NCBI RefSeq assembly: GCF_021869535.1
Contig: NW_026262581.1
Span: forward strand, 121,024,001-121,088,000
Length of the DNA stretch: 64,000 nucleotides
Reading direction: 5' to 3'
DNA from: Mytilus californianus
Taxonomy: Eukaryota
The position numbers and the translations under genes are program-made. Within the stretch, counting starts at the first letter, position 1; the number at the start of each line of letters is the position of its first letter. Of the stretch, positions 35,903-48,810 are shown piece by piece. Under the pieces are notes generated by a model. The model saw only the letters and a program-made list of their open reading frames with translations. It ran no database searches and was not told where the DNA came from.

Positions 35903-36868
35903 ATTAGTCCCCTATCGACGAAGTCGAAGGGGACTTTAGGTTTGCACTCCATCTGTCTGTCTGTCTGTCCGTCCGTCTGTCCATCTGTCAGTCCGGCAAA
36001 TCAGCTTTCCACACTTTTTTTCTTCGTTCTTGAAGATATTGATTTGATATTTGGCATATAGTTTTATCATGACAAGTTATAGATCAAGTTCGAATTTTGT
36101 TCCGGTCTGATGATTTAGTCCAGAGTTATCATGGTCCATATCTAATGTTAGAGTACTACATTTTGTATGTTAAACCATATTTCTGTACAAAGAGAGATAA
36201 CTCATTTTTTTAAAGACATTCTTTGGTTAATTGTTTGAAGTGTTTTTATTTTGTATAAACTAATTTTCTGAATGCTATATACATAAAAAAAAAAATTGTG
36301 AAATCTTTTAATTAGATAATAATAAATTTTTATTAAGGTATATTTTTCATTACATTACATTGTGTATAGATAAAAGTTGTTGACATTTTATAGATAAGTT
36401 ACAAATCTATATTAGTTTGTGACAAATGAAAGAAAAAATATTTGGAACTATTAATTATATTTGATTATAACTTGAAAATAAATATACATTGTATTACATC
36501 ATATCTAATTTTAGAGAACTATTAATCACATCTAATGCTAGAGTGTTTTCCACACTTTTTTTCATCATGTTTGAAGATATTGATTGATAATTGGTATATA
36601 GTTTTATCATGACAAGTTACAGATCAAGTTCAAATTTTTGTTTCTGTCTGATAATTTTGTGCAGAGTTACATATGTATGGTCCTTGGACTTGAAAAATTC
36701 ACTCATATAATCAGTTTTCCACACAGTTTTTAGTCATGCTTGAAGATATTGACTTGATATTTTCTTTTTGTTCACACCATGACAAGTTAGCATTTTTTTC
36801 CAGTATAATGAATTTTTACCCGGTAGGGGACTATGTATTGCCGTGCAATACTCTCAGAATGCTTGTTG
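35903..36868 (+). mobile_element. Second copy of the 161-bp-core HINE family, in two fragments (35903-36125 and 36545-36868)
   Basis: Same 5' stem-loop, core and 3' end as 33900-35468. Confidence 0.7.
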
Positions 36869-37089
36869 TTTCTCATATATTTTTCATACATTTAATGTTG
36901 ACTTCACAAATTTTGAAACCACTTAAATTAAAATTCTATGTTGCCTTCTTGGTGGGTTCAATAGCCCAGTAAATGGCTATTTTGCCTTGGGATTTGAAAT
37001 GTCAATTGTATTTTGATTGTTATGAGTGTTTCAAGTGGCTTTAACATATATCCTTACATTTGATATGAAAAATCCAGACATTGTGCACC

Positions 37090-37785
37090 TACTGTATAAC
37101 AGGTTTTTTTCGTGGGTGTAAAATTTTACGATTTAGGGGCAACAAAGTATACCAAAAATTTTGGCAGTTTATATTTTGGCGGATTCTCAATTGCCAACTA
37201 ATATTTTGGTGGATACTGAAATGGTTGCAGTAAAAAAAATAAATCAAACAAGTGTCTATTGTAATGATTAAATAATTTTTCTGCCTGATTGACGTGTTAT
37301 TTATTGATTATATTCTGATACAGTTAATCAATAGAATGTGGTAACTTATATATTTGTCACAGATGTATAAGCTACTTGTAAATGTTGCAGTTGATTAGTT
37401 ACGAAATTGACCTGACCTTTGATGTACTTATTGAGTTATAAAAGTATCAAGAGTGAACTTTCAACTCTCATATAATTTGACACTAATTGATAATGGTAAA
37501 ATACCTGACAGAGTACCTTATTTGACACTAATTAATAAGTGTATATAGTTTAGATAGAACTCAAGACTCATTTTATAAAGTACATGTATGTACAATGCCT
37601 TTTGACATTTATGTTGTTAAAACTAACATTTACCGTTATCGACCTGCCTACAGGAAAAATAGAGATCTTTGACAGAATGCTTTACCTATTCGGAAGTACA
37701 GAACAGAATTTATTTTCACGATTTTCATTTAACCGCCAAAATAAGCGAAAATTAACACCCAGCAAAAATAACCCGCTATACAGTA
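37090..37785. mobile_element. TA-flanked MITE (Tc1/mariner-like)
   Basis: tactgtata...tatacagta inverted ends with matching subterminal gggtgt.aa.ttt / aaattaacaccc. Confidence 0.6.
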
Positions 37786-38077
37786 TTTTGTTTTTTATTG
37801 GAATTACATTATGTTTTTATGGGATTTTCCATCGCAAATCTTCCATTTTACCAGAGGCTCAGTGTAACATTTTGTGAACATAGCTAGCAGTACTCGTAAC
37901 TCATATTAATTTTGTGTATTTTATATGTTATTCAATGAAAAAGTTATCATTTATGAAAAGAGTTGTGTTTGTGACTTTCAGCAAATATCATTTACAATGA
38001 AAAGTATGGGCCAAAAAGATCACGAATATATTTTATTCTAGATATTATAAGGATGAAGATAAATTATTGTCAAGCTT

Positions 38078-38826
38078 ATTTTTATGCCCCCGCCGTAGCG
38101 GAGGGGGCATTAAGTTTTACCCTTGTCTGTCCGTCCGTACGTCCCAAAGTTGGTTTCCCTTCTCTAACTTCAGTTTGCCTCAACCAAATGTTATGAAACT
38201 TATACACAATGCTTATTATCCCAAAACACAGATCAAGTTTGAATTTTGGTGGCGTCACTTTCTAGAGTAATTATATGCCCATTTACAAATGGAAAAATTG
38301 CTGAATTTTTCGTTTCTGTTCTCTAACATAAGTTTGCCTCAACCAAATGTTATGGAACTTATACACAATGCTTATTACCACAAAATACAGATCAAGTTTG
38401 AATTTTGATGGTGTCACTTTAACCGTTCTAGAGTTATTATATGCCCATTTACAAATTGAAAAATTGCTGAATTTTTCGTTTCTGTTCTCTAACAATAGTT
38501 TGCCTCAACCAAATGTTATGAAACTTATACACAATGCTTATTAACACAAAACACAGATCAAGTTTGAATTTTGGTGGTGTCACTTTTACTGTTCTAGAGT
38601 TATGCCCCTTTAGAAACGGAAAAATTGCTGAATTTTTCGTTTCCGTTCTCTAACTTAAGTTTGCCTCAAACAAATGTTATGAAACTTATACACAATACTT
38701 ATTACCACAAAACACAGATCAAGTACAAATTTGGGTACTGTCACTTTACCGTTCTTCAGTTATGTCCCTTTATAACTTTATATGATATGCAAGCGGGGGC
38801 ATCATCTGGACACATTCCCCATTTAT
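38078..38826 (+). mobile_element. HINE-like element with about four 159-166-bp cores
   Basis: 5' atgccccc.ccg..gcggagggggcat stem-loop, GTCC tract; tttgcctcaa at 38174, 38333, 38499 and 38660. Confidence 0.8.
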
Positions 38827-38965
38827 TTACTGTGAAGTTGCAATTGTTGATTCTCCGAGAAGTCATTTCACAAACATAAATATTCATATTAAATATGCTT
38901 AAGCAAATATATACTTTTGCAAAACAATGCAAACTGATCAAAATGTATCATTCCCTATTTTGTAG

Positions 38966-39048
38966 TTGTGGGAATGTAAACTGGGCCAGAAGAATGACAT
39001 GTAATTTGTGTAATGCTCCTAAGTATGGGAAAACTGAGCAAAGAACAG
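38966..39048 (+). CDS. ZRANB2: ZRANB2 exon 4 (CGNVNWARRMTCNLCNAPKYGKTEQRT; RanBP2 zinc finger 2)
   Basis: ttgtag acceptor, G|gtatgt donor; 83 nt. Confidence 0.95.
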
Positions 39049-39632
39049 GTATGTCAAATTTGTTTTGGTTTCCAATTTTATTTAGAAAAGTTAGACATTT
39101 TGAAAAACTTTATTTATAAACGAAAATATTATACATGAAGACACAGTTCTGTGTGTCTTACCGTAAGTTGGTTGAACATCAGTTTTGTGTATTGTCCATC
39201 CATAAAAATGTCTTGCAACCTTCTTTTATTTATTTTTTTACTAAAACATTTATAAGTATTTATCTATGCACACTTAGATTTATCAATTACATTGACAATA
39301 TGTATGATTTCACAATATTTGGTTCACGTCATGTGTTTTACAGCAAAAGATGTTCATTGTTTTTTTGTTTTGTTTTCTTTCTTATGTAGTTTGCATTTGG
39401 TACCTCTTGCTTTATTTTTTATCTGATTTTTAGGGTTCTCCATAGCACATATATTACATGGACTTAACCATATCTTCAAATACAGACAATTGGTGGAAGG
39501 CATTTTGTATCTGTGATTACTCTGAAATATGTAACTAGATTTTCAGATGTGGAGCTGAGGATTACAGTTTTGAAATATGCAATGATGGTTTAAGACAATT
39601 CAATGTGTTAATTTAATGATTGTGTTTTGCAG

Positions 39633-39718
39633 GATTTGGAGGAGGTTATATGGAAAGGGACGAAGTTGTTGAATATGTACACCGGGATGTTGAAGAAGAT
39701 GATGCTTTAGTTGATGAG
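39633..39718 (+). CDS. ZRANB2: ZRANB2 exon 5 (GFGGGYMERDEVVEY...DE)
   Basis: ttgcag acceptor, GAG|gttatt donor; 86 nt, phase 1 to 0. Confidence 0.92.
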
Positions 39719-39837
39719 GTTATTTCTGTTTTTATTTCACAATTCAGTATTTGTTTTATCTATGAGATTGTAGTTTGTGTTTTTTTTTTTAATAATTCTT
39801 ATTTTTATGTTAACAATGATAAATACATAGATTTTAT

Positions 39838-40170
39838 CTTTTTTAGCTCCCCTGGCCTAAAGGGCAAGTGTGAGCTTTTGCCATCATTGAGGTCTGTAGT
39901 CCTTTAACTTTTGAATAGATCATCTCCTCTGAAACTACTGGGCCAAATTTAACCAAACTTTGAAAAAATCATCAACAGTGTATCTAGTTTAAAAAAGTGT
40001 TTGATGAAGCCGCCTTCCACCAAACATGGTCATCATGGCTAAAAATAGAACATAGGGGTAAAATACAGTTTTTGTCATTTATCTTGAAAACTATAATAGA
40101 TGGATAGAATCTTTAAAATGACAAAAATGATCAGCAAGACAAGAAAGTATCTGATCAGTTATTTTAAGAT
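39838..40170 (+). mobile_element. HINE-like fragment
   Basis: ttttagctcccctggcctaaagggc...gtgagctt 5' end, similar to the 25335 element. Confidence 0.65.
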
Positions 40171-40245
40171 ATCTATACATATTTGCACATTTAGTCCATT
40201 TGAATACATTGTGAAGGTTCACTTAATGAATTTTTTTTTATCTAG

Positions 40246-40404
40246 TTTGGTAGAAAGAAAAAGAAATTTAGAAATTCTACTGAAACAAAGGTAATTGAAC
40301 CAGAACCAAAGCATGAAGAAAATGAGGAGCAAGAGGAGGAGGAGGAAGAAGAGGATGATGACGATGATGAGGATGTATCTAAATACCAGCTAGATTCTGA
40401 TGAG
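40246..40404 (+). CDS. ZRANB2: ZRANB2 exon 6 (FGRKKKKF, acidic tract, SKYQLD)
   Basis: tctag acceptor, GAG|gttaga donor; 159 nt, phase 0 to 0. Confidence 0.92.
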
Positions 40405-40967
40405 GTTAGATTTCTAGTGTGTTAAGGATGTTTGCTACTCTAGTTTTTGACTTTTTGTCAGATATTTGGAATCCTTGAGTTTTATCCATATAGTGCCAAT
40501 AAGAATTTTGCCCGCTAATCCCTTTTCTTTTCATAATTTTATTACATATAGTTTAAAAATCCACTTTTCGAAAATCTTATAAAATCCTTGTTATTTTTTC
40601 ATAGTTTTTGAAAGAGAAAATGTGCCAATGTTAAATGTATAACAAAAATCTAGAGAAAATTTTATCCTGCCAAATTTTCAATTAATTATATATATATATC
40701 TCAAAATCAAAAGGACAAAGACCTTTTATTTTTTCTGCTTTTTAAGTTCTGTTATTTATATACTATCAATTTATAACAGTCTTTTCAAAAGCTTGTTATT
40801 TTGAAACAGAGGAGGAAACATCCTTGATAAAAAATAATTGTTTATATCTATTTGACAAAGGTTATATATTAGTTTTCATAATTAGTTGTAGATGAGTATA
40901 AACTTTCAACAGAAACATCGAAAATAGGCAGATTTCAATTTATTTTAAGGAAAAGGAAACATGTAAA

Positions 40968-41358
40968 AACTAGATGTGTCGTAACGATTGGCCCCACTTG
41001 CAAAAAAAGCTTGAAGTTATTTTTAGGAGTGGAAATTTGAGAGTGAAAGTCCGTATAACTATTATTTTCACGAAATTTTAAAGTCCAAAGCCCATAATTT
41101 TGGAAAAAATCAGAAGAGCAGAACCAAACGTAAACTTGATCTGTAACTCGTCAAAGTTGACTTACAAACTCAAAATCAGCTCAATAAGTGAAGGCATTTA
41201 CCATTTCCATTCTCAATTTTATTTAGAAAAAAAGTCTGTATAACAGTTCGTTGCGGAATGACAGAATGACGGAATGACGTATTAATGACAGAATGTTGGA
41301 ATGACGGATAAGGGTAAAACTATGTGGCCCGGACCACTTTATGGCAGGGCGATAAAAA
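40968..41358 (-). mobile_element. HINE-like element
   Basis: aactag end, gaatgacg microsatellite, aagggtaaaact...gataaaaa end. Confidence 0.55.
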
Positions 41359-41486
41359 TATTTTAATATTATTATTGTTGTAACAAATAACCTATCTTAC
41401 TTGTATATGAAGTGAGTCGAACTGTGCACGCCTATACCTAGATTTGCTTGAAATCCAGAAGATTTTGTCAATTTTCATTATGATAT

Positions 41487-42320
41487 CCCATTTTTGTCGA
41501 GCCTTTGACTTTAGTCGAAAAAGCGAGACATAGTGATCCTACATTCCGTCTGCGTCGTCGTCGTTGTCGTCGGCGGCGTCCACAAATATTCACTCTGTGG
41601 TTAAAGTTTTTGAAATTTTAATAACTTTCTTAAACTATCCTGGATTTCTACCAAACTTGGACGGAAGCTTGTTTATGATCATAAGATAGTATCCAGAAGT
41701 TAATTTTGTAAAAATAAAATTCCATTTTTTCCGTATTTTACTTATAAATGGACTTAGTTTTTCTGCCGGGAAATATTACATTCACTCTGTGGTTAAAGTT
41801 TTTAAAATTTTAATAACTTTCTTAAACTATCCTGGGTTTCTACCAAACTTGGACAGAAGCTTGTTTATGATCATAAGATAGTATCCAGAAGTAAATTTTG
41901 TAAAAAAAAAAATCTATTTTTTCCTTATTTTACTTTTAAATGGACTTAGATTTTCTGCCAGGAAACAACACATTCACTCTGTGGTTAAAGTTTTTAAAAT
42001 TTTAATAACTTTCTTATACTATTTTGGATTTGTACCAATCTTGGACAGAAGCTTGTTTATGATCAAATGCTAGTATCTAGAAGGAAATTTTTGTTTTCTT
42101 CCAGTTAACATTACATTCAGTCTGCAGTTAAAGTTTTTAAACATTTATTAGATTCATAAACTATCCTGGATTTTTAACAAACTTGGACAGAAGCTTCTTA
42201 CAATCAAAAGATAGTATCAAGAGGAATATCTTTATTGATTTACTTCCTCATTTTTGTTGAGCCTGCGATTAACAGAAAAAGTAGGTGAGACACTGGGTTC
42301 CGCGGAACCCTTACGAATTT
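41487..42320 (+). mobile_element. HINE-like element with about 190-bp cores
   Basis: gagcctttgactttagtcgaaaaagcgagac 5' end, cgt microsatellite, cores at 41591, 41781 and 41974, 3' gggttccgcggaaccc. Confidence 0.8.
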
Positions 42321-42701
42321 TTGGTATATTTTGTGTGTTAATTGTTCTATTTCACTTTCTCACATGTTTATTCATCAAATTGATACTATTCATCTTAAAA
42401 ATAAAGGACTTTATATTGAGGGCTAAAAAGGGCCCTTACAGCAGTTACATCTGACAGCTTATTTTATAATTTACTGGTCCCACAACCCCAGGAACTCCCA
42501 AAGAAATGTGTCTCAGACTGGCTTTTATTCTGAAAATGTGTTTTGGATTTGAATTTTGGATAAAAATATAACTTTAAAAGATATTATCTTTCAGAAGTTC
42601 CACATGTTAAAACCTACTAGAGTTATAGGCATCTTTTTCATTGAATACCCACATGTTTATTAGAGTTGTATGTCTGAATATGTATGCATGTGCTGATCTC
42701 A

Positions 42702-42724
42702 CCCCCCCCCCCCCCCCCCCCCCC
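42702..42724. repeat. Poly-C run (about 23 nt)
   Basis: Direct read. Confidence 0.9.
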
Positions 42725-43336
42725 TCCAAAAAAGCAACTGAGATAAAATACTACAAAAACAATTCCAATTTCATTTAGAACTGAAAAACCTTACTAGTAA
42801 GAACACAGAGCATCAGTTATTCTTACAATGTTCAAATGTATACAAAACTGCAAATACACTTCAAGTACCAATATGTAATTTTGATTTGTAAATCATACAA
42901 TTATACCTTCTACCTTTTTGCATTCACCTTGCCCATCCTTTTTTCTGTCAGTTCTTTCAACAAACATTTCTGTCACATTTTCTTAGGTACTACTGATCAG
43001 AATCACTTCATATTTGCTAATCAGCTTAACAGTGATGAGTTATGTATGATCATTTTTCAGATCCGTCAGACTACTATCTGTTTGCAGATACATTGAATTT
43101 TCCATTATGTTGAATGAACAGAAAATTTTTCATTACACATATTTCCAGTACTAGTAAACAGAACTAACGAACGGAATGATTACATAAGAATCTACAGCTT
43201 GGCAGTGTCAGACTTCTTGTTTTCTGATAATTTGAATTATGAGTGAGGTTATACTTAGCACAGTAACATGTGCATTCTTATGATGCAATTAGATTTTATA
43301 GTAAAAACTGAATTTTCCCCTTTTTAATTAATGCAG

Positions 43337-43563
43337 GATGATGATGATGGTGGTGATGCAAGCAAATATGACCTCCAAGGAAGTTCTGATGAAGATGGCA
43401 AGAAAAGTAAATCATCATCAAGATCATCATCAAGGTCATCTAGATCTAAATCACACTCATCATCAAGATCAAGCTCATCGTCTTCCTCTTCATCAAGGTC
43501 AAGGTCCAGATCAAGATCATCATCTTGGTCAAAAAGAAAAAGAAGTGGGAAGTCCAGGTCAAG
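43337..43563 (+). CDS. ZRANB2: ZRANB2 exon 7 (SKYDL, RS domain)
   Basis: atgcag acceptor, AG|gtaaca donor; 227 nt, phase 0 to 2. Confidence 0.92.
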
Positions 43564-44175
43564 GTAACAGTAGGGTTACATTGGTAAAGGTTAAAAGGTC
43601 ATTATCAATTTACGTAATATTAATGTATGTGATCTATATGTATATCAAATGATTCACAGGTAAGTAAAAAAAATACACAAGACCTTAGTGTAAACAATAT
43701 TTCAGATATTTAAATCCTGTATTAACTTACAAGTACCCTGGAACTGTAAATTCAGAAATTATTGGGATGTTTTTATTAATGTGAGTAAGGCAACAGCTTG
43801 ATTATCGCAATAATAAGGACTCATCCTGAAATCATAAGAATTAATCTTGCATTTTTGCCTTTTTTCAAAAAAATATCACAATAATAAATGCATGCAATAA
43901 ATTCTAAATACAGTACTTGTGTCTAATTGACAAATTCACTAGTATGACTGACATTTCAATTAGCACTTTACACCAGTTAACTCACCATTACAAGTTCCAA
44001 AAGTTCTCTTTTTAGGATTATAGTTGAAGTAAAAACTCCAGTTGTCTTTAATCTTATTCAAGCAGATAGTATCTTTGGAGAATATTAAATAAAATTTAAA
44101 TATAATTCTATTTAAGACTTAAATTTAACATATTAAGAGATGTTACTAGCCTGTTCCTTTTATGTCCATTCGTAA

Positions 44176-44397
44176 TACTGTAAACCAACAAATTTTCGTG
44201 AGCGATTTATTTTTGCAACTTTCGCGAGTAGAAAAATAACGTGAATATAAATCGTCACGAACATGTAAAACTTGGATCTTTCCTTATTTAACAAGATAAA
44301 GTAAATTTGAAAGTTATGAAATTAAATCACTGCGAAATGGCCTGGAAGGCACTTAAAGCGAAATAAAGTAACCGCGAAAATAAGTTGGTTTACAGTA
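44176..44397. mobile_element. TA-flanked MITE (a further one at 43743-43915)
   Basis: TIR tactgtaaaccaac / gttggtttacagta. Confidence 0.75.
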
Positions 44398-44492
44398 TAT
44401 TTATACATAGTGCATATACCGTTACAATAGGTTTAGATATTTTTTTTAAATGAGTTGAATATTTCATTGTTTTAAATTTTTTTCTCCCTCAG

Positions 44493-44580
44493 GTCAGGAT
44501 CACCCAGTCCTAAAACACGAAAACGGTCAAGATCAAGATCATCTTCATCTGAGAAAAGAAAATCTGGATCAAGGCGGTAG
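44493..44580 (+). CDS. ZRANB2: ZRANB2 exon 8 (RS tail, TAG stop); total CDS 855 nt, 284 aa
   Basis: ccctcag acceptor; phase 2; SGSPSPKTRKRSRSRSSSSEKRKSGSRR*; exon lengths sum to a multiple of 3. Confidence 0.85.
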
Positions 44581-46290
44581 AGGTTTGGTGATAAAATGTG
44601 TCTTTTGAAAGGACACATGTTCAGCTGAATTAATTTTCTTCAGACAAATATGTTTATTTTATAATAATTCTGAGTTAATCGCAATGATTTAAATACATTT
44701 GAGAAAATATGAAGTTTTAGATAAAATATGTCATTTCAAAAAATAACAACAAAACCAAAATGAAAATTATTGATCAACAAAATAATGACAGAAGACCAAA
44801 GATCGACAAAATAAATCTTAAAAAACCCAGAGGATGAACACAAATGGTAGATAAATAGTTCCTGTATATATTATGGACACAAAAAAGAGAAGAGATTGAC
44901 TTATATTACAATTCAGTTTTCTTGGTAAGCTGGCATAAAAGTTCTGAAAATGGATTTTATAAGTAAAAAATGTTCATGCTACACACTTGAGTTTCAGAAG
45001 TACAAAAATGTACAAGGTCAGTACTGTAGCAGTTTACACTTTGAAAGTTTAAATTTTAAAATAATTATGTGAAGTAGTTTTAAGCACACCACCTTTTACT
45101 AAGAAGTGCCTATTTTCAACTAAAGTACATTTATAGATGACAAGAGAAAATCGTTATAATGATTATTTTCCATAAGATTAGGAAATTTGATATTTGTTTG
45201 TAAGGAATTTTTTTTTTCTTTTTTAGATAGTATGGAAGTTAGCAGCTCAAAATTGAAAGAACCAGTGACATTAGTAGAGAAAAATATCAAAGAAAGCTTT
45301 GTTGTCTTATTGTTGAAATGACCAGTAATAGGTTTAAAACGACATTGGCCATTTTAATATGCAATAATGTTATCATTTTCCTCCATACTACTTAAAACAA
45401 AACAGTATGCTTTACTTGTGTGAGTTTTTATGGTGTTTATAACCAGCTTTAAGTATCTTGTTTAGTAGGAGCAATATTGCCTAGACACAGATTTGAAAAT
45501 ATCTTTCTAATTTGTAAACTTTTATTTATGACTAAAAAGTTCTTATATCTAAGGTCTTTTAAATGCAGCCTAAAGTTTCTAAATGAAGAAAAATGATAAA
45601 ACAGTTAAATATCTAGATATGCTGACCATATGATTTCATAATCACTTATTAAAGTGAATGTTTTCATTTTTATGCGTAGCTGGAAAACTTTCAACAAATG
45701 TCTGTGCTAATTCTAATATAATTCTAGCATTGACAACTTGTGAATGAAAAATGCTTATCAGAAAAAACCTTTGCATCCTTTATCTCATTGTTAAGATTAC
45801 AGTTCATGGTTTGATTTGATACATGTGTATTTACAAAATGTATGCATGTATTTTTCCTTTAAGGGAAGGGTCTTCAATCAATTAATTTCAATGGGTTATT
45901 TTAAAACTTTTACTACGTTTGAGATAAAAATTAAATCAAATTGAAAAAAACAAGTAAAACAGCTTTAAGTGAATTGGTATGTACACTTTGACATGGTATT
46001 GATGAAATCAGAATTTTGGTCATAATATGATTTTCTTGTGAAGCAGTTTTTTTTTTACATTATATTGTATATTATATATCATTGTATTGAGCATACCTTC
46101 AGATTGCTAAGTTATTATTTGAATAATGTGTAATAAGATTAATTCATACAGAAATTCATGAAATCAAAACCTAACCAGAATTTTAAAAAAGATCGTCTAT
46201 CCAGAAAGAAACAGTGTAAGAATGTCTTAATTTTGAAAATTTAAAAATAAAAAAGATTTTTTTTTATTGTTTTAAAATAAAATAAGATGC

Positions 46291-47097
46291 TTTTTGTCTC
46301 GCCTTGACGGAGTCAAAAAGCGAGACATAAGTATGCTATTTCCGGCGTCAGCGTCAACAATGTATTAGTTTGAGATTAGGTCTAGTTCATGGTGAACCAC
46401 TAGTGGTAGGTCAATGATATTTGGTATGCAGTTGTATTAGCATTGGCACATCTCATTACCATGGAGATTATTTGGCCCCGCCCCCTCAGTCAAGGTCTAT
46501 TGACTTTGAAACTTTTCATAGTTTACATGTATTAGTTTGTGATTAGGTCAATTTATGGGGAACCACTAGTGGTAGGTCAATGATATTTGGTATGCAGTTG
46601 TATAAGCATTGGCATATCTCATTTCCATGGAGATTATTTGGCTCCGCCCCCTAAGTCATGGTCTATATACTTTGAAAATTTTGCTTAGTTTACATGTATT
46701 AGTTTGTGATTAGATCAGTTTAAGATGAACTGCTAATGTTAAGTCAATGATATTTTGTATGCAAATGTATTGGCATTTGCAAGTATCGTTTCCATGGAGA
46801 TTATATAGCCCCACCCCTGATCATGGTTCATTGACTTTGAAACTTTTACATAGTTTACAAGTTAATGTTTGTGTTTAGGATTGTTTAAAGGGAACGACTT
46901 ATGGTATTTGGTATGCAGTTGTATTAGCATTGGCACATCTCATTCCATGGAGATTGTTTAGCCATGGACCTTCAGTCATGGTTCATCGACTTTGAATATT
47001 TGCATAACTTACATGTTAAAGTATTGCTATTTTAATTTCAACATTTGCATTATCAAAATTACAAAAAGGCGAGACATATCTCTGTGATAACAGTTTA
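46291..47097 (+). mobile_element. HINE-like element with about four 166-bp cores
   Basis: gtctcgcc...gcgagac 5' stem-loop; gaaccactagtggtagg at 46394 and 46560; 3' ggcgagacatatc...acagttt. Confidence 0.78.
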
Positions 47098-48810
47098 TGT
47101 AAAGTTAGCTTAGTGGATTTTTCTCCTTGCGATTTCCTTTTTCTTAATTTTTCTTTTTTTAAACATAATTAAAAGTAAGTTTCCTGCTTCGGGGAGTCAA
47201 GGGACTTATCATGTTGAATATGATCAGTGTTTTTATTTGTGAGATGAGAAATTCTGAGTATTTTTACTGTTAAATCTAGATAGAAGCAAACTAGATGTTT
47301 CAGGACCATCAGAAGGCAACTGACATTATCCTAAATTTAAGTCAAAGGGTTGTAATTTTTTGAATAATTAATTTAACTTTTACTTTAATAATCTTTGTCC
47401 CTGAAAATGAAAATAACAATTACATATATAAAAGAGTAAGCTATAAAGGCCCATCATTTTAGGGAATAAGTTGTTACCAAAAAGTACCTCTCAAAATACA
47501 AGACATGATAAACTTTAAGTATACATGATTTAGTGAAAGGAAAATGTGCTCAGGCACTCCCATTGACTTTCAAATTTGTTACAGTCCTAATGACAAATGA
47601 ATGAGTTGGAAATATAATAAAATTTTCAAAATAAATATATGAGTATATTTGTTCAGTAATTTTGTTATATGACATTATTGTCAGTCTAATTAATGACTGT
47701 TTTAATATATATTTTTGTTGCATTTGTTTAATGAGTGACATTTTTACCAGTAATATATAGACATTTATAGATTAGTGATATATAGCATATATATGTTAAG
47801 TAACTGATCTAGTTTGATATTAGAGTAAGTGGATGTTTTGGTCAGCCTGTTCACCAAGTGTCCATTCCTAGAAAATGGTTCATGACAAATAACTTAGCTC
47901 AGGGGATACAGAACTATAGCTCACTTGAATAATTTTGCATTTTTTAGTCTGAAGAAAAGAATGGTTCAAGGAACTGTTCTTTTATTGCTGTATTTCACTA
48001 AGTACCATTTTTTGTTGAACATTGTAATTTATTAAAAGGTATGGAATTGTCAAAATGCATTTCCTCTAACATCTCTGAAGTAAGATTGTTTTTGTTATTG
48101 GATTGAAGCTGTTTTGTTAAAGAAAGAATGTATTTAGTCTTAAATAATTTGTGGTTTTAATTTTAACATGAAAGTACATTTGGGCTCTTTTTTTCTGGCA
48201 TTTTAAATTTTTAGAATAAGGTTTTGGTACTGTCAGAAGGTATGTATTGAAAAGGATTGTTTTGATAGCAAGTTATGTAAAAAAAAAATGGTAAGTATTA
48301 TTTGAATAAAAGGAGGTGGTATTGGGCTACATCGATGACAACACTTAGCAACAAAACCAAACCAAAAGAGACATCTGGAGGTCAATATATGTTCTTCAAT
48401 GACTAGTGACCATACCCTTTGTCAATCTCTGATTCACCCTTTTTTATAAGCAAGTTTATAAATTTTATGAGCAGATTTTGATGACATCTTTTTAGTATTC
48501 TACATAAATTTATTTTTGGTCAGTGTTGAGTTATTTCTGTTGCTGTAAAGGCATAATACCACAAATGGTTGGTTAGCCAGAAAGGAATATTTTTCAATTG
48601 GCCCAGGGGTCAGCTTTTAAATGAAACTTTTATTTGAATAAATGAGTTAAAAAGTAGGATTAAATATTCAATTAATTAATTTCCATGTGGACATCACAAT
48701 CATGGTGTTACAATATTTCTATCAGAAAACTGAGCATTATTTAGTTTTCACATGTAAGGACTCTAAGTTGTTTTAATCTATTAATATTATACAACAGTAA
48801 GACCAGTATC

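Noticed and set aside
39547-39632. Alternative upstream acceptor for ZRANB2 exon 5 introducing a TAA at 39591
   Set aside because: The pyrimidine tract is very short and there is no other supporting signal; it cannot be distinguished from chance.
43338-43652. His/Gln-rich 104-aa ORF overlapping ZRANB2 exon 7
   Set aside because: It is an alternative-frame read of the Ser/Arg codon repeats (TCA/AGA).
11774-44580. Functional link between the splicing factor ZRANB2 and the splice-site arrays of neighbouring ERMP1
   Set aside because: Adjacency alone is not evidence; the protein acts in trans, and the ERMP1 donors are GUGAGU rather than AGGUAA.
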